DNA of 58,724 nt, the filler included, from Sphacelaria rigidula (lineage: Eukaryota): NCBI GenBank assembly GCA_964200075.2. It is 8 parts of 8 records of this genome, joined end to end, with 100 filler letters (N's around TTAATTAATTAA, not from the genome) between each part and the next. Parts side by side here need not be neighbours in the genome. Positions count along the whole stretch, not along the records: positions 44,120 to 51,372 come from CAXNAA020015757.1; positions 51,473 to 58,724 come from CAXNAA020015758.1; 6 more parts are not named here. One strand, given 5' to 3'. The position numbers were made by a program, and so were the translations under genes. Positions 50,950 through 58,724 of the stretch are shown here, one piece after another. The notes under the pieces are model-generated. The model was not told the DNA's origin. It did no database searches and saw only the letters and a list, made by a program, of their open reading frames with translations. Positions within the stretch are counted from its first letter, which is position 1; each line of letters begins with the position of its first letter.

Positions 50950-51472
50950 GCGTTTGAACACACCCTACAGCCCACGACAGCACCTGTAATGGCTTGGCTG
51001 CCATCACTACTACTGCTGTCGCTGGTGCTCGCGGGCATTCAGCGTGTTGCACCATTGTCCTTCGCTCCCCAGTAGCGTGGTGGCCCTTTACCCCATGAGA
51101 ACAGCACAGGGCAGGGTCGGCGACCAATGCTGTACAGACAGAACAGTCTATATGTAGCCCGTACAATATTGTAGCTCAGTTCAGCTCTGTGCAGGCAGCG
51201 TGTTGCGAACAGCCGTCGCAATACTTCACAGACTGCCCACGCATCCGAGCCTTGTAGATAGGACGGGACTGACCGTACACACAAGACCATAAGATAGGTA
51301 GAGTTACTGCTGAAGTACATCCAATGCATACAATACAGCACAGTCTGTACTGTTGCCCGCGCTGTCCGTACANNNNNNNNNNNNNNNNNNNNNNNNNNNN
51401 NNNNNNNNNNNNNNNNTTAATTAATTAANNNNNNNNNNNNNNNNNNNNNNNNNNNNNNNNNNNNNNNNNNNN

Positions 51473-51516
<44 letters not shown>
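51473..51516 (+). repeat. (TAA)n microsatellite at contig start
   Basis: About 14 TAA units. Confidence 0.95.
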
Positions 51517-51517
<1 letters not shown>

Positions 51518-51904
51518 GCCTTTTAGTATTGAAAAAGAATTTGGATTCAAAATTCAAATCATCACAAACCAAAATGTCAAAACTCCAAGAGTCATACTTG
51601 ACTAAATAGGAAAATACATCAACCAAACGCAAAGTCGAAAACCCGTCCAGTTTGCCGATTTTTACTACGGAAATTTTTGTAACACTCGAAGCCCAACACT
51701 AAAAATCATTGAAAATATTTTGTCTACAACAAAAAAATCAAATCCGGTCGTATCTGTCGAAGATTAAAAAAAAAAATCACTGCAGAAAGGAAAATCTTGC
51801 AACCATGGCCTCGTACCCTTACTTTTCTGGGGTGGAAAAATGGCCCCGAAAACAACTCAAACCAACAACTCAAACCAAACAAATGTACCAGTGTGCTGTA
51901 GACT

Positions 51905-54900
51905 CTACGTAATATTCATGACAATATTACGATAAAAATCAAAAGACTCTGTCGGCAGCACTTTAGTGAGGAAATCTGCATGTTGATACTCCGATCTCAC
52001 GTGAAGAACCGAAACCTCATTCCTCCCAACCAACTCTCCGATGAAATGATGCCGTTCGTCGATGTGCTTGGAGTTAGAGTTCCTGATTGGGTTCTTTGCC
52101 AACTGAATAGCTCCCTGATTATCCTCAGACACAGGGATGCATGGTATTCCCATCTGCGGCAACATGAAACGCCAAACTTGTCTCAAAAACAAAACCTCCT
52201 TCAGAATATCTGTCATGGCAAAGTACTCTGCTTCCGTTGTGGACAGCGTCACACACTTCTGAGTCCTTGGAAACCAAGACATACATCCACCTCTGCACAT
52301 CACTAGCCCTCCTGAAACCGACCGCCTACAAGCACATAAAAGCTCAACCCCTGTATACTTTCTCTGCGAAAAGAAATCCCCAGAGAACTTGTTCGCCTAA
52401 CATGCCCCAAAATACCAAGCGCAGTACGCCAATGAAGGTGTTTTGGTGAGGCACAGTACCTCCCTACTGCACGTACTGCGTTAGATATGCCCGGCCTCGT
52501 TTGGGTTGCCAGCCACATCAGCGACCCTACCACCTCCCGGAAACGGAAATTCTGTTGCGCGCTCTTTTACACTCAACTCTTCAAGCTTCGCACCAACAGC
52601 GATGGGGATACTCTTTCTCCACTCTACCCCGTGTTCCTCCGCCACCTCCTCTGCGTATGTTTGTTGAAAATGTTCAGAGTACCCCTAGCAATACCTCTCT
52701 CATAGTACAGTCCACAACACCAACGCAAATCCCCGAGGTTCTTGACTGGAACCACCGTGTTGAGATCTCTATCAATCTCGTCACATCTGTCCTTCTCTCC
52801 CACTGCGAATATATCATCTACATGTACTACAATGGTGATGATCACCCTGCCATCTTCAATCAACCAAAACACACACGAATCCGCCAAGCACTGATCAAAT
52901 CCCAAAACAAATGAACACTCCGTCGAGTGACTATGCCACTGCCTACTTGCCTGTTTCAATCCATACAAACGTTTGTTGTGTCTTACTATTTTACCAGATA
53001 AGCTTCCACAACCAAGTGGCAATCGCATGAAAACGTCCTCGTTCAACTTAGATTGTACAAAAGCCTGTTGGATATCAAAATGACGCAACGCAAGATCTTG
53101 CTCACAAGCTAGAGTCGCCAACAAACGTACGCTAGAAACTGCTACGGTGGGGGCATACAGTTCTTCAAAATCTATGATCTCTCTCCGCATATCTCCTCTT
53201 GCTACTAATCTCGACTTCATCTTCGTGGGCCATCCAAACTCGTCCGCCTTTCAGTTATATACCCACTTTGCATGGATATAGTTGTCCACGAGTTGCTTTT
53301 CCGCTGAGTCAATCGTCCCCGCCTCCAGAATTCCCCTTCATTCCCGCCCCATCGAGCCCCTCCATAAATCACCGTACTCCGAGCGCACCGCCTGCGTGTA
53401 TCCGTTGGGGACCGTGAGGTCCTTTGCTGGACACTGTGAGAGTTCAGGCGGGATGTGCGGCGGGTGCTGCTCGCGCAAAGCGGCATCTATATCTTCACGC
53501 GTCACCAGCCTCGTCGCGAGTCACATCGGTATCCCTCCGCGCTCCCCTTTCTCACCATCCTTGCCCTGTCGCCCGGCATCAACTATACCGCGCGTGAGGA
53601 GAGCAGACAGCAAAGATCGCTTATCCAACTGCTGCATGAGTCCCCAGCTGTGGTGCAAGAGTGCACCCTTGCCTGTCTTGTACTGCGTCGACCCCGACCG
53701 CGTCCGCCCTGGCTGCCGGAGTTCAGTTTACAGATCCAGCTCCTCCCTCACGTTCATCGGAAGCGGCGAAAAAGAATGGTCCATCACTTCAGAGGCGGAT
53801 GATGCATCGCGCGACGCAGTCGAGGAAGATGCTGATGGTGTCGGGGATGGATCCAGGGGGGGGGCTGGTGTCCTCCGTGATGAGGTTGACTGTGGGTAGG
53901 ATACACATGACGTACCCCCGAATCGATTGCGGCCGCACTATTCTACGCCATGGGAAAAAAACATGCATGTGGCCCACTCCATGGCATGTGATGCATCGTT
54001 TATAGCGGTCTGCGTGGTGGATTGGGGGTTCGTTGCCTACGGGGCGGTATAAACCATCAGAATAACCCGAGTAGTCATACCCACCTTGCGGCGGATCATA
54101 ATGCGGCAGCTGGCTGTCTGGGTGGGCACTCCCTGCACTGCGCCCCGAACGACCGTACCTGGGACGAAATCCACGCCCTGCGCCCCGTCCTCCACGTCTC
54201 GCTTGCTGCTGCTGCTGGGGGCGCTGTTGCTATTGTGATTGTTGGCGTTGTTGCTGCTCTTGTTGTGGCTGGATGAGCTGCTGCGGTGATTGGGTGTGCA
54301 TTCTACCGTGTCCGCTACCCCCACGACCTCCAACACTGTCTGCACCATGGTGTTGCTGTTGGCGAACACCATTCCACGCACCACGATCACCATGACTTTC
54401 TTGTGGGTGCATGTTTCGTTGTGCGTTGCATTCAGAGTCATCATGCTGGGTCGTATTGTGGAAATGACAAAAAAACATCACTCTGTTGCCGACGTCTCTC
54501 ACCACCTTGCTGTCGTCCGATTTGCAGCACGCCCCCGCCTCTACCACCCCCAGTGGCAGCGACGAGCGCGTGTCCCTAAGCCCAATTATGATTCCTGCCT
54601 GCCCTGCTCCTGGCCAGTTCCATCTCTCGATGCACCATCATCACCATGCGCTCCAGGGTCTCTGAGGTTACTTCATCCATGGCAAGCAGTACGCCGCGCG
54701 AGATTCCGAAGTTACTTGACAGGCGGCGTATATAGTGCCGGTAGGCGTCTGAATCTGACATCACGACTCCAAGCCTAGCACGGTTGAACCTTATTAATTT
54801 TGCTCTATCAAGAAACATGCGGGGGTCCTCACCCAAGCTCATATCGAGGCTCTGCCATTGATGGTCCGACTGTGCCTTCTCAGTGGTTGGAGAAACCGTG

Positions 54901-55970
54901 TAGCAGTCTACACTGTACCTCCATCCCTCGCTTGGGTTTACCGGTCTTACTAGTTGCTGAGCGAGTGGAGCAAAGGTAATCTTTTCGACGAGTATGCTCC
55001 ATGCTTTCATGGCCGTTCCCACCAACTCGTTTCCAACCTTCTCGATCAAATCCCATCCTGTATCAAAATGTACTCTAATGGGAAAAGTTGGGTAAGAGCC
55101 TCTTCGCGAAGCTCCTGGTTGAAGTACGCTGTCGTCTGTCGCTTGGAAACCATGAACCTTTGTCTTACTTCCTCACCACTCTTCGTCGTACCATCCCACG
55201 CTTCTATACTGTTCTATGAGCGTACCGTTAATATACCAGACTGTACCAACTGGGCTTGATTCTGCGTGTGCAGACGTGCATCTTGAAATACTGTCGTAGT
55301 CGTAGGTTGAATGCGCTGCTGGGGACCCGCCGTTCTTGTCGCTGACGCGCGCGCTCCCAGACTCAGACCCTCGTCCTGTGCTTGACTTCGTCGTCGCAGG
55401 TCTTGTAGCTGTTTCGCTTGCTCCTGCATGTATCCTGATAGTATCCCCCTCGCCGCGTCTTGGTCGGCTTCTCGCATACTCGTGATGAGGTCGTCTACTT
55501 GATTTTCGAAGTCCATTTTTATGTCTGAAGAAACCCTGAGGTCGCCCGCGCAAAGCGTAGCCCGATCGCTAGGGTAAAGGCTGAATTTCCTGATTCGCGC
55601 AAGGGTCTATGTTTGAGAAAGGTCGTGGGACCTCTGTTGTTGAAGTGATTCCCCGGTTGAAAAATGTATATTATACTCTCCTCGCAAAACGTATAATTCC
55701 ACTTGAACACTACCCAACGAGGAGGGGACTCAATCATGAAAAACCACTCATGCAATAACAACACGTCATTCCTTGGCCACGCGATGAGTCGTGAGCCTCT
55801 CAGCAGATACTTGCTGCAACCACCATATCGGGTATACCTTTAATAATAGAACTGTATCGCTTATTTGCCATTTTACTATATGTCATTATCCAATCACAAT
55901 ATCCATTTCCCTTGCATCCAGGCATGTTTACAGGTATCTATCCTTGAGTGTGAGTCTATTTGATTACCGG
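51905..55970 (-). mobile_element. Degenerate Ty1/copia LTR retrotransposon: leader/LTR, gag, RT, RNase H; protease and integrase apparently deleted
   Basis: RT: KSRLVARG, LYAPTV, HFDIQQAFVQ, LYGLKQASRQW, VVHVDDI, VGSLMWLATQTRP. RNase H: QKCVTLSTTEAEY, EDNQGAI, SKHID, ADFLTK. Gag-like ORFs at 54576-55516 and a knuckle CITCHGVGH at ~53975-54000. Confidence 0.92.
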
Positions 55971-58724
55971 TGTCTGCGTTCAGAAATCCCAGAATATTCT
56001 ACAGTGATGGATTGGTTCACTCACCTCTACGCATCCCCGAGGGCTCCAGGTCCGGTAATGACATTGACATAACCGACGTAAACAAAATGGAAACATTCGC
56101 TGACAGCCAGTCGAGAAGGAGGGGGAGGTGAAGAACAACCTGGCGGAGGAGTAGACCAACAAAAAGGGACAAAACGCAACAATGCACGACTCCTAGAAAG
56201 CTTGAAAAACGCTTGCATTTACAAAAACTAACATTGCAGCATTGCAGAACACACGTGATGGGCTTAGGCGCCACGCGGCGTTCACATATACCGACTGCGT
56301 CGCGTTGAGATGCGTTGTTGTATCATAACGCTCATTTCAGCCAAAAGGGTGCCAATTCCACAAACGGACACCACCTGCACACGCGGCCATTTGGCTACAC
56401 CCCCAAAAACGCTCCCGGAGGGATGCGCGGCCCTCCGAAACAAAACAAGCCTCCAGAGGGGTTCAATCCCTCCGATGGAAACTCAAAGTATCCAACTGGA
56501 GGGCCGCGCACCCTCCGGAGGCGTTTGTTTCCTGGGGAGGCTCGGAAATCGACTGCTCTGGAGACATTTCAATGGTAGTCAAAGGGCCGCGTGCGCGCCG
56601 TCAACAGGGTCTCAGCTCTCTTCCCAGGTCGAAGTCACGACGCATCAAGAGCTTACCAGGATACTCGACGCGTGTAACACGCGCCTCCTCTCTGTATCTT
56701 GGAACTCACCCCATTGAGTAAGGGTACGTATCCCGCCGGAACCGTTGCTGGATCATGTATCATGAACTCTGTGGCGGGTGCGTAACTAGAGCAGACACTA
56801 GATCACGCCATGTGGAGGAACTTTCAGAAACGTACATACCGCCTACGCGCCGATCCACTATTTCACATTTTTCGGTCAAAATCAAAGGGGACTTCGGGTC
56901 GTTCCGAACGATTCCCACCACAGATGAAAAGGCGGCCATTCTACTATGGCGTCGGCAGTTTCATTTCACGCAGGACCACAAAACCACGAAATCATGCACT
57001 ACGTTGGGTAGAAGACTCGTCCGGCACCTGGTGTGGGCAGGCAGGGTACGTGCTCAAACGAGACTGTCTGCTGATGCTGGTGCAAATTATTCGAACGCTC
57101 GTGGCCCTTCACCGATAGCGTGTCTGCTCTTTTCACGGGAACGTGCGAACATGTGTGTCGGTGGCCGTTTTTCTTTGTGGCGAACACGAGTATTCGGTGT
57201 CCCTTCGCCGATTTCGGTGTCCACAGCCTCAAGAGTGCCCCTCACCAGGAGGGGCTCCGAACCTTCTGTAGGTATGTCTCTTTACAGTACCATACCACAC
57301 AACGTTCATCAGACAACACCTATCCCGTGCAGAACCTGTTTCAAGACCACTCCTCGTAGAACGAAGTGTCAACCATCGACTTCTGCGGGAGGATCAATGA
57401 GGCTTTCGTTGTTGTCTGCGGCAGAATCGTTGTTATGATTCCTGGTTTCGCCTGGAGAAAACAGGAAACGTCGTAAAATGTGAGGTAGCGAGGAACACCA
57501 AAAGTTTCCGCACACAAAGTACGGGCTGAAAACGCCAGGCACGGCGTACGCACATAGGCGTATGCTGGTGAACAACTTGCAAATCCCTCGCACACAGCCT
57601 GCCGCTCCGCGCACCACACACGTCACAAAAAGTGGCCTTGCTGGCGCCTAGCAGCCGAATGAATAATAACGTCGAATTGCCTCCGCTTTGTCCCTCTCAG
57701 ATGGATGCCCCCTGATCAGAAAGCCTCGACTCCCGTACACTCTGACTTCTTTGTGATCCATTTCCCCCAGCGTGAACCACACACCTTCAGAACATTCGAA
57801 AGAATTTCGACTACCCTCTTGCATGTCACAATGCAACGTGCACACATACGGCTACTGTCCCCTTGTTCATATCGACGGCGGTTCTTCGCAGAACACTACG
57901 TCCAGCACATGCTCGTCCACGCGTGCGCGATGAAGGCGATCACCGCACGACCATAGACACCGATCCATCACGCTTTCACCGCTTGCATGCAAATGTGTCA
58001 GGCGCGCACGTACGACTCTTGCCATTGCTGCTTGCCTTCTTAAGTGCATACCGGTGTGGGTCCCGGCGTTAACCCTTCGCTCGACAAACAATACCAATGC
58101 CGCACAAAATCGAACAAACATTCCCGACGATCAGACCGCTTCCACACTCTATTGAAGGGAAGATATAACAACTCCCGCCCAGCTTCAGGATGTTTCCGCC
58201 TCGACAGCAGTGCGCCACAAGATATTCGCATATATCGTAATACATAACACGTGCTACTCTGTTGCAGTCACGAATGTGGTGAGTACGTACCCCTTCAGTG
58301 CCCACACGTGAAACGAGAGATGAGTCATCCTACGATAGGGGGGGGGGGTATTTGGTTGCACGAAAAAAGAGGCTCATACGTGTGCCAGACATCCTCCCAC
58401 ACTTGCGACTAATGCCGAGATAACCCCCCCACAAAAGGTGCACCGGAGACCGTCCGACAAACCGGCTGCACTCCCACTTTTGGGCTCGTTTGCACCAAGT
58501 TCGCCCACATGAGACGCGTGTAGCAGTCCGAGATCGGCTATAACGCCAAAATGAGGCGCGTCGTACAGCACGAAACCAGCTCTCACGGCATTTACGATCA
58601 TCGCCTCCGTGCACTTTTTTGGCCGGTTCGGGGGGGGGCTATCTCGGCAGCAGTCTTGCGTTGCGCTTGTATTTGGTTCCAAACGGTGTCAGGCAGTATC
58701 GATGAGCGTTATTGATCCACAACA

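Overview
This window is eukaryotic, repeat-rich nuclear DNA, most likely from a brown alga or related stramenopile. That assignment is inferred from the transposon styles, long introns and TTAGGG-type repeats, not proven. It is not one locus: it is eight contigs of 7254, 7253 (x6) and 7252 bp joined by artificial 100-bp N/TTAATTAATTAA/N linkers, so nothing can be inferred across the gaps. Host genes seen are one internal exon of SNU13/NHP2L1 (32753-32886) and the last three exons of an aldo-keto reductase (36884-38876). The rest is mostly transposon material: two degenerate RTE-type LINEs, a Ty3/gypsy remnant, a Ty1/copia element lacking protease and integrase, tRNA-derived SINEs, piggyBac-like and Harbinger-like MITEs, Helitron-like 3' ends, and a decayed short-intron gene with KDZ-transposase-like motifs. 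The best leads are a 176-nt hairpin downstream of the SNU13 exon with sense-strand G:U bias (candidate intronic pre-miRNA), two longer foldbacks, a hammerhead-like core in a LINE 5' leader, and the KDZ-like gene abutting a Helitron-type terminus. All alignments and translations were done by eye.
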